Source of the DNA: Phoronis australis
Lineage: Eukaryota; Animalia; Phoronida
DNA length: 64,000 nucleotides
Assembly: GCA_002633005.1 (NCBI GenBank)
Contig: NMRA01000071.1
Coordinates: forward strand, 202,117 to 266,116
Direction: 5' to 3'
Both the position numbers and the translations under genes were made by a program. Of this stretch, positions 11,824 through 24,422 are shown one piece after another. The notes beneath the pieces are model-generated. The model was not told where the DNA came from and made no database searches. It saw only the letters and a list, made by a program, of their open reading frames with translations. Within the stretch, counting starts at the first letter, position 1. The number at the start of each line of letters is the position of its first letter.

Positions 11824-12190
11824 CCGTAATCGTTCGGGTTAACGCCCATGCTCAGTTAACCGCCCATCCCCGACTTTAAGTGGATTTTCGATTTAACCGC
11901 CCACTGCTCGGTTAACCGCCCCTCTGCGATTTTTGAAGATTTCCAGTTAAGCGCCCACCTCTCAGTTAAGCGCCCATCCCCGACTTTTAAAGAATGAAGA
12001 TTTAGCGCCTAGTGCTAAGGAAACGCGCGATTCCCCGACTTTTAGAAAAAGATCGACGATCACAATGAGTGCAACGACGCCGGGACTCCCGAGACGGTGG
12101 TTTAGCAATCTGAATTACAATACAGGTAACGAGTTATTGTCTTGGGTCATGAACTCACTTCAAAATATAATAGACAATTACACTGTGCTA
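11824..12190. mobile_element. Left end of a Tc1/pogo-type element with subterminal repeats (gttaa(c/g)cgccc)
   Basis: ta|ccgtaatcgttcgggttaacgccc followed by several ttaa(c/g)cgccc motifs; related ends lie at 7975-8113 and 47567-47720. Confidence 0.6.
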
Positions 12191-12680
12191 ACTATTAGAG
12201 AAATCCCCATACCAGCCATGCTATGACCTGCCACACTCACATCAATGGTTTAATGATTGAGCCTCTCCTTCAACAACTACTATTGGTTATTTCAGTAAAA
12301 AGCCTGTTTAACATTCCGTGTAATCAGTCAAGCTTTAATGGATCAATAATTCCTGCTGAGTAATACAATATTCTACAGATCACAGACCAGAGTCAACATG
12401 AGAGTAACAGATTTAACGCATTTAGACAGACAACACCATACTTACTACTCATAATCAACACACCCTTCCTGTCTGTGAACNACCCCCCCCCCCCCCCCCC
12501 GTGTGTGTTCATGCCTACATGATGTCGTTCAGCATTACTATCAGGGTGTGATGAGTTAGTAATTCAACACTATCACAGTGTGATGAGTTAGTCACTTGAG
12601 TGCAGACAATCAAACATAGCGCCATTTTGCAGGAGATAACTCATTTCAATAATTTGAAGCAATATTCAGCAGGTTCCAAT

Positions 12681-14869
12681 CAGGGCTCGACGCTAATAAC
12701 ATCGCCAGGTCGCATTTTGCGACCTAGCCAAAATCCCAGGTCGCATTTTCAAAATCCAGCTCGCATTCGTAAATGCCAGGTCGCAAAATTTTCCCGCCAT
12801 TTTTACGCGCCAAAACAGATTTTTTAGATCATCGGGAAAATGTTTAGATTATGCTCTTACCTGCAGCGTTAAATACTCACAAATTTCGGATTTCAAAATT
12901 GACTTCATTCATGCAGGTACGGCCTTACTGTTCTTCACGACCGCCATTGAAAGTCTCTAGAGCGCAAGGCAAGTTGCCGGCGTGAAAGTTGAATCAGTGC
13001 TCTCTAACTGACTCGTGCATTCGAGTAGCTAAATTTGCGATGTGAAAAGGGAGAAAATGCCCGTTGAAAAAGTATCCGGGATTTTGTTAGATCTGGTCTT
13101 CTCACTGGCCGTCATCAAAGTCGTTAACGATTCAAACTAACTCGGATAATCGCGAGTTTGCTCTTCAATACCTTCCAAGTACGGGAAAAATAGGTCAGTC
13201 GCAAAACGACACGCATGTCACTAGTGTTAATTTTCTTTCCGAGGTATAAAACAAAGCCGGGATTTGGTTTTTACATGTTGTGAAAAGACGTTTTAGAAAA
13301 CTGAAGTTGTGTAAAATGAAAGTGACACACACCATATAAACTGCGTGTCAATTTTAAACCACACGCGGTCGTTTGTAGTGCGCAATGATGGGCGCTAGCT
13401 TGAACTGTGGGCGCTTAATTGGAAATTCTCAAAATTTAAGGGAGGACTTTTAATAGATCAGTGAGCGCTTATTATGAAACACTTTAAAGGTAGGGAGTAG
13501 GCTTGTGCGTGAGCATAGTCGTTAACCTCAGTGTTTGCGGTAATAAGATATTAAAACGCTGCAATGGTAAGAAACATTATAATAATACGATTTTGCGAGG
13601 CAAACTCCATCTGGTAGGGGTGACTTTCTGGATATCGTTACCACCTACATTGTACCCTTTTTAGCCACCCGGAATGATTTTTTAACTGCCCGCTTCAGCC
13701 GGAACAAGGTTGTTTCTATAGAAGTCTGAACATTTTACGGCGACGGTGGTTCGGGGAGCGAAAAGTTGCCGGGGGGGGGGGCGTATAAAGAGAAGAATGA
13801 AAAGTTCGCTAACTGGAACCACAATTTCGCATCTAGTGCCAGTTTAGTTGCAATAACTGGCTACGGGCATAGAATACAGGGTTTACAGAACATCGACCTC
13901 GGGAAACATCGGAACAGAATAACGTTAGTTCTGGGTTATATCGGTCCCGGGACATCGGGTCTTTTATAACCGCTGGGAATCTGAGTTCATTTTCAAATAA
14001 ACCAGAGCCAAGCCGGTATACTCTTTCATTTAGGACTGTCGCTGTTCTTTGAAGTGGTGCGCACGCGTGAGTTCACGCACTTGAATCGCTGGAGTAGGCC
14101 TACACTTTACGTTGGCAACAACGTGTGAAAGACAAATCATATTTCGCGCACGTAGCCCCAGAAACAAGTAAAGGGTTTGAGAATTTCTTGGAAAATTGAA
14201 AGTAAAGACGTGACCGTCGTTTGGCGATTAACAAGGTTGTCATTTTCACTTTGGCTGTCTTAATACGATAAAAGGAGAAGCATACCTCAGTCTAAGTCAC
14301 GATTGTCTGCCGGGACCGCTTGCGCGCTAATGGTGCCGCAGTGCGATATCAGGGATATTGTCGTGGATATTTGGTACATGTAATAAGGACATCTTATGTG
14401 AAAAATAAGCATTTTTGTCCACCACAAAGTTTGGTAAGTTGATCGCTTAAGAATTAATAGAAACACCGTTGTTTTGTGAAGTTTTATCACGTGTAAGCAT
14501 TGGCCCGAAACTTTCTTCGGCGAATCCGGGAATTTACAAAAGTGGCCGAAAGTGTTAGCCAATGAAACGCGTCAAAGATCGATTCTGCATATCCCATGTT
14601 CACGCGACTTGCTTACAAGTCATCGGGAGGCCTGTTCTCGGTTAGTGTTCTTTTGAACTTGTATTTGGCAACAACCAAATAACGGTCGGATTAACAAGAG
14701 CTGCTTTGTATTTGCCAGGTATCTGTTGAGAAGTGTAAAAACTCAGCTCGCATTCGTTGGAAATTCCAGGTCGCATTTTGCGACTTTATACGAGCTGACA
14801 AAAATCTCAGCTCGCATTTCCAAATTTCAGGTCGCAAATGCGACCTGCAGCTCGTTATGTCGAGCCCTG
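12681..14869 (+). mobile_element. Non-autonomous hAT-like (hAT5-type) DNA transposon, 5-bp TSD CCAAT
   Basis: TIR cagggctcgac...gtcgagccctg, subterminal aggtcgcattttgcgac palindromes at both ends, CCAAT at 12676-12680 and 14870-14874. Confidence 0.85.
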
Positions 14870-15197
14870 CCAATGAATCAAATGACTCATGGATATTTGA
14901 ACAATCGCCAGACTCCGATCGTCTCCCATGTTTCATCGAGAAATCTTCATTTATGTAACAGAAGCAATGGAACCTAGTCCACGATTCAATATTCCAACCT
15001 CACTGGCCAATCACTTCAGTGCCCAACATTTTACAAAGAGTACGCAAGTACTTATCAAGATTCTTCCAGCTGTTTGCAGATAGGGTGGCGAACAACAAAA
15101 CACAAACAAAAATAATAGGGGTATAGCCTAGATCAAATCCATGTGACACCCCACAGGAACCCTCATAAGGGACCAACCACTTTAGACAAATGTCATT

Positions 15198-15430
15198 AAG
15201 TGACCTACCACCAACGACATACATCATAAAGTGACCTACCACCAATGACATACATCATAAAGTGACCTACCACCAATGACATACATCATAAAGTGACCTA
15301 CCACTAATGACATGTATCAGAAAGTGACCTACCACCAATGACATACATCATAAAGTGACCTACCACCTATGACATAAATCATAAAGTGACCTACCACTAA
15401 TGACATACATCATAAAGTGACCTACCACAA
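15198..15430. repeat. 31-bp minisatellite (aagtgacctaccaccaatgacatacatcata), about 7 copies
   Basis: Period visible directly. Confidence 0.95.
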
Positions 15431-18010
15431 TGCCCAATGGCCAAAGATAGTGGCGGTATTCAGCACGCACGTAGGGCCTACGTGTGAGTCACCTGTTAAT
15501 CACATGTTGGTGTCAAGGTAACATGCACTCCAAAGTGTGGGAACTTGCGCACGTGCACCACTACAAATCAGTCACACATAGCGACAGTCTGACGAAGTAA
15601 CAAAAACGTTGCCAATGCTCCCCAAAACTGCGATGTCAAGTCTATTCCCATATTTCCCGGCTCCATGTTCCCTAAGCCCATCCCTGTAACTAGCTGCGTG
15701 AATCTCCTACCCTCACTATTCCACCCAAGGATTTCGCGTGTGGAAATCATTCCATGTAGGCGACGGTAAGTTCTTGCAAATACTGAGAAAATGAGAAACC
15801 TATTTCTCTAAAATACACTAACATCTCTAGACATGGGGGATTTTCAACACCAAGAGTTAAGGTTGGCATTGTATCTAGTGAAGAGCCTCAACAAAAGTTC
15901 CCTTGTACCCAGCAAGGTTACTCGAAGTTTTTTTGCTACAGACGCAGAGCTAGGTCAGCATTTGAAGTTGAGACCGTTACTTCTATTTACTTCATGTCTG
16001 TCATGAATGAGTCATTAATAAAATTGTCTCTCGTTAATTATTTTCTATTGACTGTGAATGTGTACCTTTTTATACCACTGATGATCACGCTGTCAGAAAT
16101 ATTCAGCGTTAGGGAGCCCGGTGTGTGGGGGGGGAACACCAGATTTCTGGCGGCTGGTGGCGACTAAAATTTGTAGCAACCAGCAGGGACATTACAATAT
16201 GAACAGAAAGTTACAATGACTATTGACAAGTTGAAGGATTTTTTACACTGAACACTAGGGGGCCATATCCACCTTGGGTGCCTTCCTTTGCCTGTAGCAC
16301 GAACAAGGCACATAGAAAACAAGGCAGGGGTGAGTTCAGTAACACTAGAAGCTCTCTAAAATTTATCCAAAACCACGTGTTCTCATTTAAAATGCTGGGC
16401 AATATCTCGCGAAGTCTTGAATTATAGCAAGGTCCTCGTGTTACTGATGCGTCTTCAGTCTCCACGTAAACAAAAGCAGCGCCATCTATCATTTAGAACC
16501 ACGCATGCCAGTTGATTTACGTTACATATTTTTTGTAATAAGCAATAATCATCAATGCCGTTTTCAGAGAATGGTAATTAATAACGCTGTTTGCCTTTTC
16601 TCCAAAATAGAAGGTTTTTATGACGTGTTTCGCAAGCTATTGGCAGCAGAGGCAACTGAGAACATGCAAAAGGACGAAGTGCAGTTCGTGTAATGCTTCG
16701 TATGCAAAAACTACATTAGAGGCAAGATTTTTTATTTTAGATTATGAACAGGTTAGGAATGACTAAACAAATTATTATAAAGTCAATTTCAGGAAAGGTG
16801 CGTTGTGGCTGCCACAGAGTGCCAAATTTGGCCGAAAACGGCTTCAGTGAAAACCTGAAAAATAGCCGTTTTTGCCTCACAAATTCAAAACGTACAAATT
16901 TGAAAATGGATTTTGAAAGTTATGCCATTAAATTATTCAGCCACTGCCCTTTCAATTCGTATCATTCATTTGTTTTGACCTTGCCATACTTGCTAGTAAA
17001 ATGCATTCAAACATACCTACTTCGACGCCCAATTTTTTTGCAAAATGGAGGTATAGGTCATAAAAAGAAAAATAATGAATGAAAATTCTTAAAAAGTGAG
17101 GTTTTTCAACATCTCAACAAACCAAACTCATGTGCTAAGTTTAAAAAAAGTCGGTGATTTTGGGTATGGAGTCACTCTTAATGCATAAAAACAGTTTTCC
17201 CGAGTACCAACAGGTGTCGAATACAAAATAATTATCTCTCATTCCCATCCATACTGTTTACGATGATTTATATCTTTATTCAAATATGTTGAAAAGTTTA
17301 AATCCTAGAGTACATTCCCACTATTGGCTTACCTGGGGTGATGATTTCATGCAAATGGTCAATGCGTATTAAAAAAAAACATCTGAATTGATATCTTAGC
17401 TACAACAAACAATTTAATATTAGAAATTCACAGCTATGTCCACCACATACGTCTGTCACACTAACTCAACTTGCAAAGAGTTGTATCACAAAAATTTCTC
17501 AGAAGGTATCACCAAAAAATTAGTATGTTGTAATTGTACTCTGCAAACATTCCACTAAATCATCAAATAAAACAAAAAATGTAACTGTATGCAACTCATA
17601 GAAAATTAACGTTAAAAGCAATTTCCTCAGACAAATAAAAAGATAGGCGAAAAGTTCATACATGCTTTAAAAGCTATCAGTGATACCTAACAATTGATGT
17701 ATTATTTTCCTAGGATGAAAACATTTTTCCCAATTGTTCAAAATGTTCTCTGATTGTACGTCCGTCACAAATGAAATTGCCCTTAAAAAGTAGCAGTTCA
17801 GTTGGGGAGTGCGTGTTATTAATGACAAAACCAAAGATTTGTCATATGACATTTATGGGGAGCATTCAGTAACTAATTTGTGCTGAGAAATTCATCCAAA
17901 ATCACGTGGTCCCATCGAAAACACGTGGGGACACTAGGGTACTGCAAGCTCCCCAGAATTATTGTCTTAAGAGAGAAGCCATACAAACATGGTTGTTAAA
18001 CTGAACTCAC

Positions 18011-18110
18011 AACATGAAGTCTTGTTCCCAAGATGGAGAACTGCCTTTCACAGCTATTGTGGTCGACTTGACATTCTGAAGCTTCAGTGTCACGTATGTG
18101 TTAAACTTAT
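18011..18110 (-). CDS. unc-13: unc-13 coding exon 3, 100 nt ([34 protein letters not shown])
   Basis: tgtatttcag|ATAAGTTTAACACATAC...GACTTCATGTT|gtgagt. Near-identical to the Munc13 C2A segment [33 protein letters not shown]. Absent from the ORF track. Confidence 0.97.
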
Positions 18111-18569
18111 CTGAAATACAAGACATAAATGTGACAACATTATCAGTCAGTAAAATTGTCACCAGGTGACACTACAACCCAACCATGGTCAACAGGTGGC
18201 AGTACAACCCAACTATACCTCTGTGTCAAGTTTCAGTAAAATGACATAACTTTGACAGTAATTGGAAAATGAGAAATATTCTTGAAAACTAATCTGGTGT
18301 TATAGAGAAGCGAATCTGTCAGAAAATCAAATGCAATAACAGGAAGTTCTTCAAACACTGCACCTTAACTGTACGCTCATAGAGCTAAAGTCAGACAATT
18401 TCCATGAGCCACTTTTGGAACCACATTTTCTGGGGTTTGCAGAGTATCTCAAAATGACCAGTGTCAGCAGGGGTCACTTAAAAGCACAGCTTTATTCATA
18501 TTTCCAGCCAGGTCAGTGGGTCAGTGTTATATTTAGTCAGATACCTAGTTTTAATAATTGTCATTTGCT

Positions 18570-18950
18570 GCCAGTCAATTACAGTAAGTTACAGTCAACT
18601 GCAGTCAGATACAGTCACTTACAGTTAACTACAGACACCTACAGTCGGTTACAGTCAAATGTAGTCGGTTACAGTCAACTGTACTCGGTTACAGTCAACA
18701 GCAATTGGTTAGTCAACTGCAGTCAGTTACAGTCAACTGCAGTCAGATACAGTCAGTTACAGTCAACTGCAGTCAGATACCGTCAGTTACAGTCAACTGC
18801 AGTCAGATACAGTCACTTACAGTTAACTACAGACACCTACAGTCAGTTGCCGTCAACTACAGTCAGTTACAGTGAGCTACAGTAAGTAGTCAACTGCAGT
18901 CGGTTACAATCAACTGCAGTCAGTTAAAGTCGGTTACAGTCGGTTGCAGT
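18570..18950. repeat. 10-bp-based minisatellite (cagtcagtta/cagtcaactg/cagtcagata) with a 30-nt superperiod
   Basis: Period visible directly; explains ORF 18415..18885. Confidence 0.9.
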
Positions 18951-19603
18951 CTACCTTATGATAGCCCTTCTGTTTTACCACTTCCAAAACTATATATCTG
19001 GCCTTACTTCTGGGGAACTAGAAAGGTGAACAAATTAGCAACACACAACACTGAAATANCCCCCCCCGTGCCCCACACACACACACATGTATGCACAAGG
19101 CATAACACTGAAATAGACACCCTCCCCCACACACACATGTATGCACACCATGTGTACCTCATTTAACAAAGACATAAGTGTGATAAGTTTTACAAACATT
19201 TCCACAGCACCAGAGTAAACATTAAGGAAAGTGCAGAGCTAGTCATTCCAAAGAAACCAAATGTGATCCTGGAAGACATTGAGAGTATCGCAAAGGAAAG
19301 TAAATTACAATTAGGGGGCACTCCAGAGGTCGGATTCATCCAATAATCAATGGTAGTTACAAGCTATGGTTATTCTTCAGTGGTAGGCAAATAGAAGCGA
19401 AAACTAAACTGAAACTGTGACTAGGGGGGAACACCAGTCAGAACAATCCAAAAATGGGCAATTGCTGTTCAAGGTCTCTCCAGGAAAAAATCATATCAGC
19501 CAATTGCATGAATATGATTCACCAAACTTGGCAGCTATATTAAAGCCCTATGCAAAAATAAAACTGGCACTAGAGGGCACAGCAGTCACCACAATTGTCC
19601 AAT

Positions 19604-20789
19604 AGGCCTTTTGCGAGTTTATAACAATAACGCGAGATTATGTGAGACTAAACTGTGACGTCACGGGAAGTGGGGCAAAAGCTTGTTGGTCATTTGCCCA
19701 ATACGGTAGCAGAGTGTATTGTGTTATTGTCTTCGAGTTTTTAGCCGTTTAGTTCGAAAAATGCCCAAAAGCATTGCTGTTATGGCAAATGAACTTCAGA
19801 TTCGCACTACAATACGTTTTATCGCGTTCTGTACTAATTTCGTCCCGCGTATTTTAAACGGGCGGTAGGCGAAATCCGCTCACTGGTAAAGTTTTCACCT
19901 CGTCGAAAATACATTCTACACCTAAAATTAACACCTAAAAGGCTCTTACTTTCTTCAGTGACTCTTTCTGCTTCTAAACATATCTTCGATGAAGCATATA
20001 ATATACGGGAATTCAGGTGACTTAGGCGAAGAATTCCAACTCCACTTTAAGTTGTGGTTACTGTTAACTTTGTCCGCGCGCGCGATTACCACAATCAAGT
20101 ATTTCAACTGAGTCAGGTGAGTATGAGGCAAAGGCTAGCGCGAGACTGAGCGAAGCGCGAGATCTGGCGCGTGACCTGGTCGGAGCGTGACACTTGCAAA
20201 ATAGCATGAGAAAATATCAAGACAAGTGAAATTTGTAAGATTTGTGTCCCTTGGACTTTTTGTTCGTCAACAGGCGTGATTTCACGTAATTTCCTCAAAA
20301 TGGCGGCTCTTTAGTGAGAGAAACTCGAGAGAACCGCGAGGTTTTCATGAATATGCTCAAGTTATTTGTAGACTAAATTGTGTCCAGAGTCAGGGTATGT
20401 GTTGATTATAAGTTCATGTGCACATATGCATGTTTCATTTGATTTTATTTGCTGTATTTTGAAGTGAATATCTTTTTATGGGGATACACTATCGCCCCTG
20501 TATGCCTGCGCCATTCAGGCCTAGAGCGGGTTAAGTTCCAATTTCAGTCCGTTCACAGCTTCGCACAACATAACAAGGTCACGTTTTCTTCGTCTATTCA
20601 CAGTTATTCCACGACCCATCTACCATATCTTAAGTTGTTTTAACGTTTTAAGCGTAAAATTCACCATAAGAACTCCAGTAAGTTTTAGCGTGTGTAGCAA
20701 AGACTCGGGGCAAAACAAGAGCAATATGGCGGGTTTTGCCCCCTTTCCGGTGACGTCACAGTGACTAGCGAGAAACTCGCAAGTGAGCT
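19604..20789 (+). mobile_element. Non-autonomous PIF/Harbinger-ISL2EU-like element with a THAP-like remnant
   Basis: Imperfect TIR at|aggccttttgcgagttt...ctgtgacgtcacgggaagtggggcaaaa / ttttgcccctttccggtgacgtcacag...aaactcgcaagtgagct|at. Frameshifted MPK-HCCYGK-TSDSHY from about 19761. Confidence 0.65.
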
Positions 20790-21349
20790 ATTATCAATGT
20801 CAGCCAAGTTTCTATTTCAAAAAAATTGTTAAGACAGTTGAAGCCATTTAGCAGATAGAAAGGAGATAAAAAACAGAAATCCCTAAAATGGGTTAGAAAA
20901 ATGATGATGACCATATATATTATACAGTCAGCAGGGAATACATGGGCAGATGCACATACACACTCTGGCTCTGTTTATTCTGTAGTTAGCAACCAGCAGA
21001 CATGCCTGACTACAATACTCATCACTGAGTGACATTTAATTATGTCAAGACCAACACAAAATGTAAACTAAATTAATGAACACATCAAAGTGAGCTCATG
21101 GAAAGACTAAGCACTTGTATGGTTTCTCTCATCAGGGAATTCTGACGTAACAGAAACTGGTTCAGTGGAATTATCAGAACAGAACAGTATGTCATTTAGT
21201 GAAGTTATCCAACAGTGATTGTTTACCTGGCAATCAGCAAAATAAACTGATATTTTCTATTTACCAAACAATGCACTCATCATTCCCCTTGATCAACAGA
21301 TGTAATGATACAGATTATGGGACAAATAAATTACCATGGCGAGACAATT

Positions 21350-22895
21350 CCACACAAGTGTCCTTATACTCCACACACGCAACTCTCAACTCCAAACAAG
21401 TGTCCTAGTACTCCACACACACAACTCTCAACTCCAAACAAGTGTCCTTGTACTCCACACACGCAACTCTCAACTCCAAACAAGTGTCCTTGTACTCCAC
21501 ACACGCAACTCTTAAAGGCGAAGGCAACCTTTTTTCATGTCACTTTTAGCAAAAATAAGGTCTGTTGGTTATCCCAGACATATTTTTCACTTATAATTAC
21601 AGCTTTTCGTAATTTAATTAATTTCTCGTCCTCTACTCCGGAAGTGACGTTTTGGGAGGCAAGAATTTCGCGCCAATTTCTTTTCATACAGTCAGACTGT
21701 GAGAGCTGTCAAGTCAGTCATTGTTCTACCTCGGATGCGATAAGTTCGGTCGTCGTTTGCTTTTGTTTACGAGTCAGTCAACATGCCACGCTGTTGCTGC
21801 GTACCTGGATGTACTCATTATTATTGTCTCACACGCGCTTTGGGTACCTTGCATCGCTTTCCAAAGGATGACACACTTCGCCGTACTTGGCTGGCTCGTT
21901 CGAGTGAAGAACGCAGCGCTACACGCTCACGCAGTGACAAGCATTTTCAGCCGACAGATTGCGACAGAGATATGTACGCTGAATTGATGTAGGTCCCTGC
22001 GAAACAACGCCTGAAGAAGGGTTCCATATCGTCGCTGCTGATTCCCGGCAGTGCCCCGTCGCCACCCCCGCCGAGAAGTGCGTTTTTGAAGCGAGAAGCC
22101 TCGCAAGCTATGGCCACTATATACAGTGACTGGAGGCACTTCATCTACTGTCACCCATGCCTCTGAACGTACCCCCATAGCGTGCAATTCCAGGAACTAG
22201 CAGTGATTCCCCGTGTGCTGTTGTCTCTCTAGCCTAGAGCCTGTAAGCAGCCCTGCAACGATGTTGAGCAGTGGGAGTGAATACAGGCCCAATTTGACAC
22301 CCAGTGAAAAGTACAGTTCGTCATCCAATGAACAGATCGCTGAGCCTAAGTTTGATAAGTTTATTGTAGACTTGTATTGGAACTATTTCGAAGGTGCCAT
22401 GTGTGTGACGAGGGAGTCGCACGGCAGGACTTTGTAAGCAGTTTGGGTGCTCAAGTTACCATCCACTGGTAATGTGTCGCGGTACACTCGGGCAAGAGGG
22501 ACAGTTCTTCCTCTGTACGTGATACGATAATGAGTACATCTCGGTAGGTAGCAGCAGCGTGGCATGTTGACTACGACCGAAGTTATCACCACCGAGGTAG
22601 AACAATGACTGACTCGACTGCTCTCACAGTCAGACTGTATGAAAAGAAATTGGCGCGAAATTCGTACCTCCCAAAACGTCACTTCCGGAGTAGACGACGA
22701 GTAATTAATTAAATTACGAAAAGATGTAAATAAGTGAAAAATATGTCTGGAATAATCAACGAACACCATTTTTGCTAAAAATGACATGAAAAAAGGTTGC
22801 CTTCGCCTTTAACTACACACAAGTGTCCTTGTACTCCACACAAACTCTTAACTTCACACAAGTGTCCTTGTACTCCACACACGCAACTTTCAAAT
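21350..22895. repeat. 42-bp minisatellite (caagtgtccttgtactccacacacgcaactctcaactccaaa) interrupted by a Kolobok insertion
   Basis: Units at 21350-21515 and 22809-22895. Confidence 0.9.
21516..22808 (+). mobile_element. Non-autonomous Kolobok derivative (TTAA TSD), with a frameshifted THAP ORF and inverted termini of about 290 bp
   Basis: ttaa|AGGCGAAGGCAACC ... GGTTGCCTTCGCCT|ttaa; MPRCCCVPGC..LHRFP..W..KHFQP from 21783; homologous to 48710-50394. Confidence 0.9.
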
Positions 22896-23034
22896 CCTCC
22901 ATGTCCAACAACTCCACACGTGTGCCCCTAAACCACACACACGTCAGAGACCTTACGTCAGATATGAACTAGCAATAATTCATTTCAAAGATTCCACATC
23001 ATCCTTCCATGTGCCTCATGGGCTTATATAAAAC

Positions 23035-23382
23035 ATGTAGGCTTATCTGTGCCACATAGGCCTATATGTAGGCTTATCTGCGCCACATAGGCCTATATGT
23101 AGGCTTATCTGTGCCACATAGGCCTATATGTAGGCTTATCTGTGCCACATAGGCCTATATGTAGGCTTATCTGTGCCACATAGGCCTATATGTAGGCTTA
23201 TCTGTGCCACATAGGCCTATCTGTAGGCTTATCTGTGCCACATAGGCCTATATGTAGGCTTATCTGTGCCACATAGGCCTATATGTAGGCTTATCTGTGC
23301 CACATAGGCCTATATGTAGGCTTATCTGTGCCACATAGGCCTATATGTAGGCTTATCTGTGCCACATAGGCCTATTTGTGCT
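23035..23382. repeat. 31-bp minisatellite (taggcttatctgtgccacataggcctatatg), about 11 copies, nearly perfect
   Basis: Period visible directly; decayed units resume at about 24160-24240. Confidence 0.97.
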
Positions 23383-23387
23383 ATGTA

Positions 23388-24015
23388 CAGGGCTTGAAGA
23401 GACCTCAGATTGTGTTTGACGACCTGGGAAAACTCAGACTGTATTTAGCGACCTGGGAAAAATTCCAAGTCGCCACGAGGTCACCACCAAGAGATCAAAG
23501 TCAGACACTAATTCCCTCTGAACTCGTTTCAAAGTTCGTGTTGACTTGAAACTTTAAATTATTGAAAATTTTCTTTTTGCCTCTGATTCACAAATGTTCA
23601 GTTGATTTTGGGAAATCAACTATGCCTAAATTACAACAGGAGGTAAACAGGCAGAAGTCGGATATGTTTGGCAAATATTGTGCAAGATCAGGGAAATGCG
23701 CGCCACCAGACCACGTAGTCGTCATCATTCCATGTTCATCCAATGACAGGAGTAATTGACTTAGAGAATAAATGTACGGCTACATTTAGACATTTACATT
23801 GGACATTGGAGGAGCACAAGATACCGGGTGACGTTATGGCCACTTGACATATTTTTGGTCAACGAACTTTACGCCCGATTGGAAACCTCACAAATGAGAA
23901 TTGATTTCCACGCCCGACATTTTCAGTTTTGGCAACCTCAGACTTCGTTTGGCAACCTGGGATTTTTACCAGGTCAACAAATGCGACTTGACGTTTAGCT
24001 CAACATCGAGCACTG
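23388..24015. mobile_element. Degenerate hAT-like MITE related to the cagggctcga family
   Basis: Ends cagggcttga...tcgagcactg with subterminal cgacctggg motifs; TSD not recognisable. Confidence 0.5.
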
Positions 24016-24422
24016 CAATTTATTCCAAAATATGGTTAACCCGCCAAAAACTTTGCAACAGCTGATATTACTGTGTGGTAAAGTACATGGTAACGTCACA
24101 TGTAAAAGGACCAACTTTGTAAATATGACTTGGGGTTTAGCTTAGCGTCGATCACTGCATGGTCTATCTGTGCTATGTGCACCTATGTGTGCCATGTAGG
24201 CCTACCTTAGCCATGCAGGCCTATCTGTGCCAAGCAGGTCTAGTGCACACCCTCTGATTTTTGAATTCCCAAACTTAAGCAGATTTAGTCAGTAATGCAG
24301 TAAGTATGTTGTCATAGCTAAAACAGACTTTTTGGATGACAAGTTGAGATGTCACATATATAATCTTATTGACCAATGAGATCATAGAAAATTGGATTTA
24401 CAACTTGTACATTAACGAGTTA

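Noticed and set aside
21305-21871. 188-aa ORF with CPCTPHTQLSTPNK repeats
   Set aside because: Read-through of a 42-bp minisatellite into a Kolobok TIR
21516-22808. piggyBac assignment based on the TTAA TSD
   Set aside because: Termini begin AG (RR) rather than CC, and the family carries THAP + KolX, which fits Kolobok
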